Positions 14,131 through 29,081 of a stretch of DNA of 64,000 bases are shown here, one piece after another (position 1 is the stretch's first letter; every line of letters starts with the position of its first letter). The notes beneath the pieces were generated by a model. The model did not search any database, had not been told where the DNA came from, and worked only from the letters and a program-made list of their open reading frames with translations. Origin of the DNA: the human T2T-CHM13v2.0 reference genome, Homo sapiens; the NCBI RefSeq assembly GCF_009914755.1, contig NC_060936.1, one strand, 5' to 3'. The translations under genes and the position numbers were made by a program.

Positions 14131-14717
14131 GCGATTATGAATTTAAAGTATTTACCCAGAGTTTAAACTTTCCCTTAGATGGACAATCCCCTAATCAGTA
14201 GCTCTTCTTATTTTAATGAATTTTACTTCTTTTTTTGAGTTCCTACAGTGGCAGATTTCACATGCATTTCCCCATTCGATTGCAAATTAACTTTTTAAAA
14301 GTAAAAAGTAACATTAAAACTCACAGCTGGAACATATTCTAATTACTATCAAAAAATCAGTGAATGACAGAGAGCAGCACCTTCCACAAATTTGTGAATT
14401 ACTCTGGAAGGATTTGTTTGGCAAGAACCCTGACATCTGAATTGATAATGGCAGAACGGACACCTGTCCTTCAACACCAGTACTCAGTTGAACCGTTTGT
14501 ATTTGCCCCAGTCCCTGCAGAGAGAGATGAGTGTCGGACAGATGGCTCACAGCCCGGGGACGATCATAGATTCTTTTTTCGCTTTTACCACACCCTCTGT
14601 GGGTGTTCCACCAGAAGAAAAGAAAAAGGGATCCTATTTTATGTTTAAAGCTTAAATGGATTGAAGACATAAAGGACTTGCATTTTATTTCACTAAAAAA
14701 CAGGTTTCTTCCCGTTG

Positions 14718-14719
<2 letters not shown>

Positions 14720-14748
<29 letters not shown>
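14720..14748. repeat. (GT)n microsatellite, intron 5
   Basis: Direct read. Confidence 0.95.
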
Positions 14749-15290
14749 CTTTCCAAATAAATACTGCTTGCTCTTTAAACACAGGTAACTGAGGGGGGAT
14801 TTGAGCCATCTTGTCCACTCCTCACCCACCTCCCCCAGCTCTACCCCCACCGCAGATCCCCAGTGCTCCACCTCCTCTCCCAGGTCAATTGTTGCTTTAT
14901 AGCTGGATGTTTTCTAGGCCACCTTCTCGGTTCCAGGTGGCAGAGTCCCTTGCTTCCCCCCCACCCAGTCCAACACATTGTAACCTAGAGTTCAAAGACA
15001 GTGAAAAGTCAGCAGTTGGAGCCTCTGTTGGTTGGAGAGAATGGGAGGAGAAAGAAACAGAGACAGAGAGAAAAGAGAGAAGCGCTTCAAGCAAGTTTTC
15101 AAAGCTGCTTGCCAAGAGGTAGTATGCAAACAGACACCCACCTCCCCTCCCCACCAGCCAAATAAGGATCTGGGAGAAAGGCCTCTGTGCTCTCCTTCTA
15201 CTGCCTTAGCGGGGAAGGGGAGACACACCTGATAGCCCTTTTTGAACTCTGGCTTCTGTTTAAGGATGTTTAGAAGGCTTCTAGCTTTTA

Positions 15291-15605
<315 letters not shown>

Positions 15606-16652
15606 TTACCCTTTCCAAAGCGGCACACACATACCTCACACCCTGCCTGCTGCCCAGGGACAACGCTAATTCACTGAAATCTGCTTGCCCCAGGGCAGCC
15701 ACATAGACCCAAGCTTTGTCCTTGACCCTCTAACTGGGCTGAAGAGTGTGGCAGAGGGTTAGGGAGAAAGGAAGGAGGCTTCAGTTGCATTTATTCAAGA
15801 TGGGGTTTCATTAGGAAAAGGCATTTGCTTGGGCTGTGAAATTTTATTTAAAAGCAGGAGAAGAGGCTGGATCTAGTCAGAGACAGCTGGACTGCCAGCC
15901 TTATATAGGGAGAACCGGGTGTCCAATCCTGCAAACACAACGCTGTCTGTCCCCAGCATACCCAAATTTTGGATGGTGGCTAAGATTGGGAGGAAGTGGT
16001 TATTTCATGCTGCACTTTACTGTAATCGTTTTACTAACAAATTAATTGGAATAAAAATATATTTAGCTGTTAGCAATTATTTTTTAATGCCCGCCCCAAG
16101 GGGATAGGTTAAAAATTTGGGGGTGATTTTCTGGATTTTAGAAATTCTTTGAAAGGGGGTGGGGGAGGGGAGACCCTCTTTCATATACTCTCCAGCTGTC
16201 TACGTAATGCAAAATGATACATGTCCCCACGAAGGAGGGAGAGAGCCATACATCTTTCCGAAGTCCCCAGCTCTGTCTGATGGTATTTGGAAGACAGGAT
16301 TGCAAAAATTCCCAAGTATTTTCTCAATGGCATGGTTCTTTCTGGGACCTGCCTAGGATGAACTTAAATTAATTAGGAATTAATAGGCATCCCTGTATAA
16401 TCTATTATCCCTGATGCTTCTCTTCCAGAGATAAGTATGGTGTAGCCTAGTTAATTTCCTTAAAGGTAAGGAGGTAGGAAAAGTACTTGTCCTGGGTATA
16501 CTGATAGCGGCAAGCATGTAGCAGTGGGGAAAGTGAATGATTTCCACCCGCTCTTAGGATAAGTGCCTGCATCTCACTTCTAACACTTCAGAGTTGGATC
16601 CTAAAAAAAGGGATTTTTCTAAACTATCTAATAAATAATTGTTTCAACTCAC

Positions 16653-16729
16653 CTTTTTTCTCTTCGGCCATTTCCAGTGTCCCGGAAACCTTTTGCAAAA
16701 GGGTTGTTGTCTATTTTTAACTGGGTTAT
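16653..16729 (-). CDS. TBX3: TBX3 exon 4 (77 nt; ITQLKIDNNPFAKGFRDTGNGRREKR), end of T-box and start of basic NLS-like stretch
   Basis: ccaatag|ATA and AAAG|gtgagt; invariant T-box motif NPFAKGFRD. Confidence 0.97.
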
Positions 16730-17091
16730 CTATTGGAAGAGACACAAGCAAGACAGAGACATTGTTCTCATTTTCTAGAATGTTTTGAGGGTGTTTTTCC
16801 CAACTCAACAAGTCTAGAGATGTGACTGCCAACAGAAGTCATATAGATATGCCAGGGAAAGGAGATAATAAGGAAACTGTGGCAGGGCTTGTATCTCCTA
16901 TATGAGGCCAAACCAGGGATTTGGGGATGAAATTATTCAAAGAAATTCTTTTCTTTGGGCAGCCAACAGTTTGGGTTTAGACATGGAAGTGTTGTCAAAG
17001 TCATCAAGAGGGAAAACCTGTAGATCTTAAAATTATGCTTTCATTTTGATTTTTATACAGTGCAATTAATCATAAATTATAGCATACTCCC

Positions 17092-17093
<2 letters not shown>

Positions 17094-17130
<37 letters not shown>
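17094..17130. repeat. (CA)n microsatellite, intron 3
   Basis: Direct read. Confidence 0.95.
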
Positions 17131-17132
<2 letters not shown>

Positions 17133-18553
17133 CTTTTCCATGAATCCAATAAATGATTTATGGGGTTTCACTACCCTTGTGCGGGAGTGAGTGCGGGAGT
17201 GAGTTTAATTTTTTTTTTCTTTGCCTGGGGGGTGGTTTGAGGAAATTACAATATTGACAGTTACAGTACTGAATGACCACTGGAAACATCTGTTTTCATT
17301 TATATGCTCTGCCATGGCCATTAGGTGGAGAAGGCCCATGGCCTTTTTGTCTGATCAAAAATGCTACATTTTATTATTACATTAACAACTTCATTTCACA
17401 GGATTCTGGGTCTAGAGGGCACATGCATTTTGCACTTTGAGAAAAATGCTATAGTGTGTAATCTTTCAAATCCCTTCCCCTTGGTGGGAAGAAGAAGTTA
17501 TATACACAGAGTTACTCAGAGGTGGAAAGGGGGACCCTTGGTTGGATTCATGTTCTTGGAATAAATTGCTCTATTGAAGACTTCAGGTTTCACAGGGAGA
17601 GAAGATCATGTTTTGGTATACACACTAAAGAAATTTAGCTGGAACATCCCCATCATGAAGTCCACAGAGGACCCAAGGACAGTGACAATGACAGTGAGTT
17701 CAAAATGAAGTGTGTTGTCAGGTAAAATGGACTCTCTTTGAAGTCCAGGATTGCAGAGCAGGGGTCTTCAGTCCCTCCTCCCACCCCATAACTGCTAACA
17801 GCCAATCTGGGAACTGGTGAATCAGCAGTAAGGGTCACTTTTTCTGTGCCCATGACCTTCAGGCCACCATAGCTCTAGATATCAGGTGCTTTCCCTTTTG
17901 GGGATCCTTCTAACCTCCAGATTCAGGCCTGGGGGAGGGGGGGAATTCAAATGAAGTGGTGACTTTGGCCACCCCAACTCAAAAGCCTCAGACAACTCGA
18001 TTAATATGACCCTGTGATCAGGGTAGGTTTTTCCAACCACACGCATGCATGCACACACATGCACACACACACACACATCATAACACAGCAGCATAAAAGG
18101 TAATAAAAACCAGACCAGCTACTCAGGATTTCTGGCTAGGGGAGAAAAGCTGGTCTCTACTAGGATTCTCCTCCCAGGATCCCAAATGGCTTTTGCCTTA
18201 AATTTTTAGCTGGTTCCTTTTGAATGTGACTTCTTGATCCTTCTTCCCCAAGGGGAAGAAGATGAACCTTAAAACAGACAGGACAAAGCCCAAGAGGGGG
18301 GGAGGAGTGGGTGGCATCAATGACAGCAGTTCTAGGAGTTTCTCTGTGGCAAAATTAGTATGGCGTTTTTTTGCTCAGCATTGTTCCTACCTAGTCAAGG
18401 TGTTTTTCTGTCTCCTCGAGGTGTCATTGTCCTTTCCCCCCAAATGCTCCACAAATCACAAAAGACAACTCAAGACTCTCGTCTCCACTCTCTTGTAACT
18501 TTCTCATCCTGACTTAAAGCAGCTTTTAAGGGGAAGGCAAAATATCACCATTA

Positions 18554-18889
<336 letters not shown>

Positions 18890-18985
18890 TTATCTTCTGG
18901 AGAATCCAAATTGCTCCTCAGTTGCCAAAGGGCCCCCCCCACCCTCACCATCTAAGGATCATTCATACCTTGAACCCTAGCCTAC

Positions 18986-19045
18986 CTGAGTACCAAAACT
19001 ATAATTCCCCTGCCACGTAGCGTGATCACTTGGGAAGGCCAAAGT
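18986..19045 (-). CDS. TBX3: TBX3 cassette exon 2a (60 nt, [20 protein letters not shown])
   Basis: ttttaag|ACTTTGGCC...ACTCAG|gtaggc; phase 0/0, no stop; matches the known TBX3+2a 20-aa T-box insert. Too short for the ORF track. Confidence 0.95.
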
Positions 19046-19879
19046 CTTAAAAGATAGAGAAAAACATGCATTTTAATTTACAAAATGATTCAGTACTTTA
19101 AGCGCCCACTAATTGACGAGCCCAATCCACTTAAAGCCCTGAAAGGCTGAACTCTAGAGAGGAATATTTATGCCTTAATCAAATCAAGGGCTTCAAATGC
19201 AATTCCTGCCCGCTGAAGATATTTCCGCGCCATTCGCGTCTTCCTGGGCCTAATCTTTCTGCTTACTCCTTGCTTATCACGCTGTTTATTTTATTGAAAT
19301 GTTGGGGAGGGGTAGGAAAAGGCGCAAAAGGTCCTTTGCCTGATATCTACAAGCAATGAAAGTTTTCTAAGTTTCTAAGCACTGTCACTGAATCCATATA
19401 TACACTCCCAACACACAAACCATTTTTTTCTGAAGATCTAAGCCTCATTTAGGGTAAGCCGGACTCCCACCTAAGCCCAATTCTTTTTTTAGTAAAAGAA
19501 CGAGTTTTTAAAAATGTATTCACACCATTTAACCAACAGAGTCAAGGCTCCGAAACGTAAACTCTCCTGAGAAAATAATATCACTGGTTTCAAAACAGAA
19601 GTATGATATTTTAAAACAAAACAAATCCTTTAGGAATACATAGCCTTGAAATTGATTTTAGCTCTTAAAAAATGGTTTTTAACTTCACTCTCAGGTCAGG
19701 AATCTACCAAAGAGCTGGAATTGCTATAGAACACAAGCCGGTAAGTTTTCTTGCCCCATTTCTTTTAGAACGCCAGGCCTTCCATTATTTGGAGAGAAAC
19801 ACCCCGAATCCTTTTTCCAGACGAGGACAAGTTTGCTATGCTTAGGGAGAAGCAAAGGAGAAGTCTGGGCTGAAACTCA

Positions 19880-20284
<405 letters not shown>

Positions 20285-21883
20285 CTATGTATCACATAAT
20301 ATTGAAACCAAGTCTAAGACTTTATATTGTGACTGATAAGCTTACATGTTTCAGAGTGAGGCAACTGGTTGCAAAATCGTTTTCTTCCACAACTAACGTA
20401 TTAAATATTCTCAGTTTCGCCATATTTAGACGTCCCAAGGTTCAAAACAAATGCATTGTGGCACTGCAATTCTCTACATTGTCTAACAATTTCTTCAATA
20501 TTTTTTTTGTCCTTGCTTGACTTTACAGATTGCCCTCCTGAGAGCAAATTCTTGCCCATGTCTTTTTCTGTGGGTATCTAGGTCTAAACAGGTTGGGGTA
20601 AGATTTTTGTAAAGCGCGGTCAGTTAAGACTAGAATTTTCCACCACCCATTGATGAGAAAATGTTAAACTTATCAAGGAAATGAACGTCAAGTTGCACCC
20701 CTCCCTGCTGCAGAATAGCAATCCCGCTGTGGGCGAAGTGAAACTGGACTTCAGTGAGTTCCCAGAACGAATTTTGCAGACTTCGGTGCACTCCCGGGCC
20801 TGATAACCGATCTGCCCGTGGAGCTGCTAACACATTCCCCCACTTCTTAGGCCAGTCCAAAACCGCAAGACTGTGCCACCACATTGCTGTTAATTTCACA
20901 GAAGGGTTGGCATTCTGTAGTCTTGACTTAAAAGGAAGCAAGGAAGCACTTTGCTGGAAAACTGACTAAATGTCTTGTGAGTTTGAGGAGGATTTTATGC
21001 CAAACTTTGGCCTCATTTAGCTTGGAAGGAGACAGAACGCTTAAGATATCATGAAGGGGATTTTATTTTTGTATCAACTTTATGCCTTTACAGGCTTCAA
21101 TGCTATTACAAAAAAAAAATCAGTGATTTTAAATGACTATTACAGGATCTTCTCTTCCAGGCAGGTTTTGATCAGGCAAGGACCTTTAAACATTATGTAA
21201 AATATGGTTGATAATATTCACACATTAAAAAAAAGGTGTGTGTCTCCTCACTGGCTCCTTAAGTCTGCAAACATAATCTTAAATTATGCAAAATTGCCTG
21301 CTGAACTCGCCCTTGGGTTACAGACACGTGAAGTAGTGTGGGCAAACAAACCAAAATGCCCTTCGATTTCTCTCTGACCAGGGCAGCAGCAGGCCCCTTT
21401 AGACCCAGAGGCTAGACTGGAGGGCAGAAAGGGCCGGGGAATGGTGTCAGGCCTCCCAATACCCACACAAAAGGAAAGGGCTTTAAGTTTTTCTCTCTGA
21501 GAACAAAATAAAACAGACAACACAACATCAACAAAGAAATAAGGATGTTCCAGGAGGGTTTGAAGAGTGAGTTTCTTGCAGTAGAGTGCCTTTTTTTTTT
21601 TTCTTTCCTGCTCCCTGCAGGGATGTCTGTGCTCCACTGAAAAATTCTGTCTGTTCGGGAGGGAACCCAGGATGCAGACCAAATGCAAGACCCATGCAGA
21701 TGCCCAGGTAAGCTGAAATTTCCTGCCACCGGGGCAGGGCCTGGAAGTCTGTGCATACATTTCTAGGGGAACTAACTTTTCGTCCAAGCCGTAATAACCG
21801 ACCAACCGACTGTTCTGGGAGCAGAGAAATAAAGGGAGGAAAAAACTCTCCAACAGCTTAGGGGAGGAGGCCCCCACTGCTTA

Positions 21884-23240
<1,357 letters not shown>

Positions 23241-23410
23241 ACCGGGCGTCTGCTCGGCGGCTCTAGAAGGTCGGGCTGCGCTGTGGGCTGCGGGGAGCCG
23301 GAGGCCTCTTGATTGGCTCTTTGACGCTTTCGGACCAATTGTGTTGCTGCATAGGCGTGGTTTTCACAGGTCGAGTGCTGGGGGATAGAGCTGAGTTATA
23401 AAAAGAAGGT
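23241..23410. promoter_or_regulatory. TBX3 proximal promoter: two CCAAT boxes (23312-23316 minus, 23335-23339 plus), CRE half-site TGACG (23322-23326), plus-strand TATAAAAA (23397-23404)
   Basis: Motifs read directly, inside a CpG island immediately 5' of exon 1. Confidence 0.7.
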
Positions 23411-25949
23411 GTCGGAAACTGTAACGTCGCAGCGCCGCATCGGTACTACTGCCTGTCCTGTGAATATGTCAACATGATCAGAGGGCGGGCGGGAGCCACT
23501 GGGGAGCGCGCGCGCACAGAGTCGCCTCTAGGTGGCTTATCGAGAGATCGCTGCAGCCCCTGAGCTCGCTCGCTCGCTCTGGTTCAGCCCACGTCTGAAA
23601 TGCCTCAGTCATCCAGCCGGGGATCGAGGGAGGAGGCAGGGCCAAGGAGGAAGGGGGAGGGAGAGAGGGAGGGAGCCAGCGAGCAGGCGAGCCGGGCGGG
23701 GAAGGCGGAGAGCGCGCCCGGGCGCCGGGCAGGGGCGCTCGCCTCTCTTGCACTCCGCTCGCCTCTCCGACCGCCGCGGCCGGTTCTCTCTCCAGCTCTC
23801 CTTCTTCTCCCCGCCCCGGGCGAGCCGGGCGGGTGGCCGAGCCTCCCCGCGAGCTGCCATCCGGCCACTCGGTTCTACAAAAGCCGGCGGCAGCCGAGAA
23901 GCGAGCGCCGAGACTCCAGGCTTGCGTGCTCTCCAGCCCCACGTGGAGCCAAGCTCCGCCCGGCCGCCGCTGAAGGGCTCCCGAGCTCGGGTGTCTCGGT
24001 GCTGGTCTCCCCTGCGTCTGGGCTGGGGGAGCACAAGGATGCGGCCATATCTCAGCACACGCATGTGTGGGCTTCCTCTCCACTGCGCCCCACCCGCAGC
24101 CATGTGCGGGTACCCAAACACCCCCGGTGTATCTGTACTCGAACACGCGCCAACACACTGGGACTGAAACACACACCGAAAAACACGTACACACAAACAC
24201 GTACACAGCCTGCGCGGCTGGCCCTGCCTGAGCTCCTGGGGAAGATGGATTTGGGATTTTTATGAAATGCATTTACCAGCCCTTTTGGATCTCGTCTTTC
24301 ATTTGCATGCGGGCCCCCATATTCCACCTGGATGTGGGTGTGGGTGTAGAGAAGAGAATGGAGGATCTGGACAAAGCGAGCACAGCGAGAGACTGGGTTC
24401 TGAGCCTGTCCCCTCCAAGCCGCTGCCCTCACCTCGAGGCCCGGCTGGGTGCACAGCACAGGGTAAGGGGTGGGCGATTGGGTTGGGGGAGGCGCGCCAG
24501 CCTGGTATCTTCTCTAGGCATCGCACTTATCTCTCGGTGCCTCAGTTCTTTCTCCACCCCGGGGACTTAATCTGGCCAGAAGTCGGGGAGGGAGGGTGAA
24601 TTTGTAAAACAAACCGTGAAACGCCCCCACCTCAGAGGCGAGTTGACTGTTTTTAGTACGGGTAGGGTGGGGGCCTCCTCTTAGGCGGACGGGAGGGAAA
24701 CGACCGGATCTTACCAATCGCCGAATTACCAACTCTGTTACCGCAGCGCCCGGTCGGGGTCAGAGGATTCGCCTAAGCCCACAGTTCTTGATTCTGGGGG
24801 CCAATGTCTTGGACCATCCTTGCTTAGATGGAGGGAAATCTTGAAAACAATGTTCTTTTATCTTTCCTGAGATGAAAGCTTCTTCGATGGAAAGGGAACG
24901 GAGAAAGGGCTGATCTGGGGGCTTAGGGGTTTAAGAGACTCAGGGCTTTGGATGTGTGTGTCTCTGTAGGCCAGCACAGGCCTCTCTCGCATTTTGCCTT
25001 GTGCACCCCCGCAACCCCCAGCAACCCCGAAACCCCAACGTGGCACCAAGGGAAGGGTGAAAATGAAGTGCTCTTGTGGGCCAACCACGCTGAGATAGGG
25101 GAGGATCTTTTGAGGCGACAGGCTTCTCCAGCCTCGCATTTTTGACGCACATGGTTAAGAGAGCTTGGCGCCAGCGTTGAGAATTCCCTGAAGTCACCAG
25201 AGAGAATAGTGTGGTTCTGCGAACTCCGTCTGGCTCGCCATCTCGCCCCTTTCTTTCCCTTTCAGTCTGTCTTTCTCTGGCGTCCTCTCTGTCTCTGCCA
25301 GTGGTTAAAATAGAGAAAGGAGAGAGAGGGAAAATTACGAGGTGGTGGTGCCCCAGAGTGTTGGCTCATAACACCCCCTCCCGCATCCCCTCCTCCCCAC
25401 CTGAAGGGTGCGAAAGGCCAGGCCATTTCCCGCCTTACACAGAACACGGAAGTCACTGCAGGGTTTCATGAGTCTCTGGGGACCCCCGCCCCAAAAAAAA
25501 GGAAAAGAAAAGAAAAGAAAGAAATAGAAAAAAAAAGTGCACCCCCTCCCCCAGACTGCTCGCCTCCGGGGCCTGGGGCCCCTTCGCTGCTCTTTCAAGA
25601 GCGGCCCCAAATCCCAGCGATCTGGTTTTGCCTGCCTGCCCTCGCAGGCCAATCTCTGCCCCACTACTTGGGGTGGAAGCAAAGTAGTTCTACAACCACA
25701 CTGTGACCGACCTCCTCCTCACCCACTCGGTGCCCCCAAGCGTCCCACGCACAGCAGAGAGACATTCCTCTGCATTCTGGCCAGCTGTCAGCTTTGGAAA
25801 TGGGAGGGGAGCTTGCGGATTTTACTTAAAAATGTCTAGATTTGTTTTTGGCTCCGCGGGTGGACTGAGAGGGAGTTCTGCCCCTCACACTGTCCTCCTC
25901 CCTCAATTGCCTATTTTTTGCCCATAGCTCTAACTTAACCCTGTGATCA

Positions 25950-26460
25950 CCCCAGATCGCTACTTCTGACCCCCATCTCCTCTCCCACACCAACCTCCAG
26001 CGCGCGAAGCAGAGAACGAGAGGAAAGTTTGCGGGGTTCGAATCGAAAATGTCGACATCTTGCTAATGGTCTGCAAACTTCCGCCAATTATGACTGACCT
26101 CCCAGACTCGGCCCCAGGAGGCTCGTATTAGGCAGGGAGGCCGCCGTAATTCTGGGATCAAAAGCGGGAAGGTGCGAACTCCTCTTTGTCTCTGCGTGCC
26201 CGGCGCGCCCCCCTCCCGGTGGGTGATAAACCCACTCTGGCGCCGGCCATGCGCTGGGTGATTAATTTGCGAACAAACAAAAGCGGCCTGGTGGCCACTG
26301 CATTCGGGTTAAACATTGGCCAGCGTGTTCCGAAGGCTTGTGCTGGGCCTGGCCTCCAGGAGAACCCACGAGGCCAGCGCTCCCCGGACCCCGGCATTAG
26401 GCGCCAGCTGCCGGCTATCTGCGGTCTTTTTCTCTCTGCAGACCCCTCGATCCTCTTTCC
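25950..26460. promoter_or_regulatory. Upstream CpG-rich element
   Basis: CpG-rich with TF-like motif cluster. Confidence 0.6.
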
Positions 26461-29041
26461 TTCGGTCTCACACTCAACAAAAGACAGACTAGAGACGTTG
26501 AAAGAGCCTGCCCTTCAACAGAGTCCCAGAAAAGGGTGACTTAAGGGGAGGAGAAGGGAGAAAGAGGGCAGATTCCGGGTCAGAAAAGACCCAGATAATT
26601 TCTGGCGTCTCTGAAATATTCCTCCACCTTTTCGCAAAAAGAGTTTTCACTTAATTGTAGCTCTAGAATTAAAAAAGTAAATTAACTGAAAAACCTCTCT
26701 ATCTGCAATGCCCGCAGCATTTAAAGTAGTGCGGGTGCAAGTAGGCGAGTGTTAAAGCTGGGTGGGGGGAGGACCCTGAAAATAATGTTCCTTTGTGGGG
26801 GTGGGGTCGGGGTGGGGGTCGGGGGAAACAAAACCAAATCAACTGTCCTTAGCCCAGGCCACGGTGCCAGCAAAGAAGCTGGCCTTGCCCGAGACGGAAG
26901 CTTAGCCCACGCCACTTTTCCCTGCCGCACTGCCTGCCTCAAACTATAAAGGGGACAAACCGACCCTTTTGTGATCAAATGGTGTTTATCTGGAGTTTAC
27001 AAAAAGGGCGGGGAGGAGGGTAAAAGGATGGTGGGTAGGCGGGGTCGTTTGCTTTGGCCAGTTTGCTGTAAATATTCCCTTCAGCATGTGTGAGGTCTGG
27101 CAAGGGAGTATTATATGCTTATTCCCTCTTAAACTTTCACCCCCGTTTGCCGCAGAGCTCTTTTCAGTCCGAGGTGTCACTAAATTGGGAATTCTGTTGA
27201 CAGAAGGGCATCCAAGATTCACCGGGGGTATGAGACCTAATTAAGAAGTTTCATACAGGGGTGGGTTCATATATGAACTTTTCCTGGGGGAGGGGCGTTC
27301 TGGTCATCCTGGCAGTTTGGCAATGGCTCCTCGTTTCTGCCCAGTGCCCCAGCCCATTTGATCTCAGGATCCCAGCCTCTTTTGATATTGACGAGCTTTG
27401 AAACTGACCAGGTGCCTGCCCCCCAAGGGCTCCCATTCTCTTTCGGGCTCAATTCTCCCACCTGAGGAAGTGATTTTCTTATCACGGATCCCAGGGAAGT
27501 AGCTCTCTAGTTTACTGTTTGTGGTCCTCCTGCAAATTGCCCTAGCACCCCCTACCCCTCTGGGGTACATACATTAGCACTGCTATGCTACCCTGAACCC
27601 TGACTCTCCCCCTGGCAGTGCTGAACCCAGTGGAGGCTTGCTCTTCCTCCAGGAGTCTCCACTCACCATGCACCCCCATCCCTTCCTCCTCCCCAAAGCT
27701 TGCTTTGAGAGCTTAGTTCCTCTCTGGTCCAGAAGCTGCCTGTCAGTCCCTTGGAGACAGGCTGGACTCCCCCACCTTTCCTCCCTCCAGGGCAGACACT
27801 AGCTTCTTGGTTGGACCAGACAGACAGGGCAGGACATTCACCTTTTGTTTCTTTTTCCATTCCTTTCTTTCTCCTCCCCACCCCCCCCCCCCTTTTCTTT
27901 TGGTCTCCTTGTCTTTCTGCTCATCCCCATTTAGGATTATTTGAATGCGTGTCTGGAATCTTTCTTATTCTTTTTCCTTCTACTTTCTCTTCTCCTCCTT
28001 TCATCAATCTTGTTCTTGGTTTCTATTTCTCTTTCTTGTCTTGTATCTATTTCCCAGGCTTTAACTTCTCATGTTTTGTTTTGTTTTTTTTTTTTTTCTA
28101 CCTTCTTTATCCTATTTTTTCTGGCTGTTTTGGTCCTGTCTGAATTCTCTCCTGTCTTTCTGACCTGGTGCCTCCGTACTCTGCCCCCTTTCCCTCCCTC
28201 ATCTTTCCCAGCAACCATGACAGCCTGGAGATCCCTCTTCCTGGGGCTGAAGCAAACACCTTCCCCTCTCTTCCTTGACTAGAAAGATAAAGTATCTTGA
28301 GAGATAGAAAAACATTGTGTGCATTTGCCTAGAGTGGCAGTTTTACCTTCTCCTCTTGGCATTTCCAAAGCCACCCCTTTCTCCAGAGTTGAACCCCATC
28401 TTTGCTCCCTAAGCTCTAAGGCCACCTCCCCATCTTTTCCAGAGCAGGAACCTAGGGTGAGGAGCTGCAAGTTAAGCTCTATAGCCCCCAGCTCCCAGCT
28501 TCCTACTTGCCCCAGCAGCACGGAGCTTTCCTGTAACACACATTTCCCCTATCCTCTGACATTCCTCTAAATTATTGATCTGGGCAATTTGGTGCAAGCG
28601 TCTGTAGCATGTTTCAGAGAGAGAAGACTGAAAGTTGTCTAGCTTGGAGAAGCAATATTTTTAGTACAGAGGCTCAGTTTGTTGCCAGTTGGTTTATGCC
28701 GTTTCTAGAGCATCATTCGCTATGCACTTAATCCATGCTCATCATACCTCCTTAATGTAAATATGTTTTTGGCAGAGGCAAAATGAAAACATTTTGCCCT
28801 CCATATTATTCTTATTAGCACCTACCTTTCCTCAAAGCTGATCACCCTGCAAAATGGCAAATTTGTACACAGCCAGTGATTTAGATAAGTTAGAAGGGAA
28901 ATGAGAGAGGTAAGATTGAAGGATGTGTGTGTGTCTGGGGAGAGTGCTTTTTCTACATCTGTGAAGGTTTTTTCCTCTCTCAGGAAAGGGAACCAATTGT
29001 GGTTTCCTAATTTCAAGTCAATCTATATCTTCAACCTTCTC

Positions 29042-29043
<2 letters not shown>

Positions 29044-29078
<35 letters not shown>
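29044..29078. repeat. (TG)n microsatellite
   Basis: Direct read. Confidence 0.95.

Positions 29079-29081
<3 letters not shown>

Noticed and set aside
17179-17204. 12-bp tandem duplication gtgcgggagtga in intron 3
   Set aside because: Ordinary slippage duplication with no evident function
23478-24599. 200-264 aa ORFs upstream of TBX3
   Set aside because: Low-complexity GC-island ORFs in several frames at once; no coding signature
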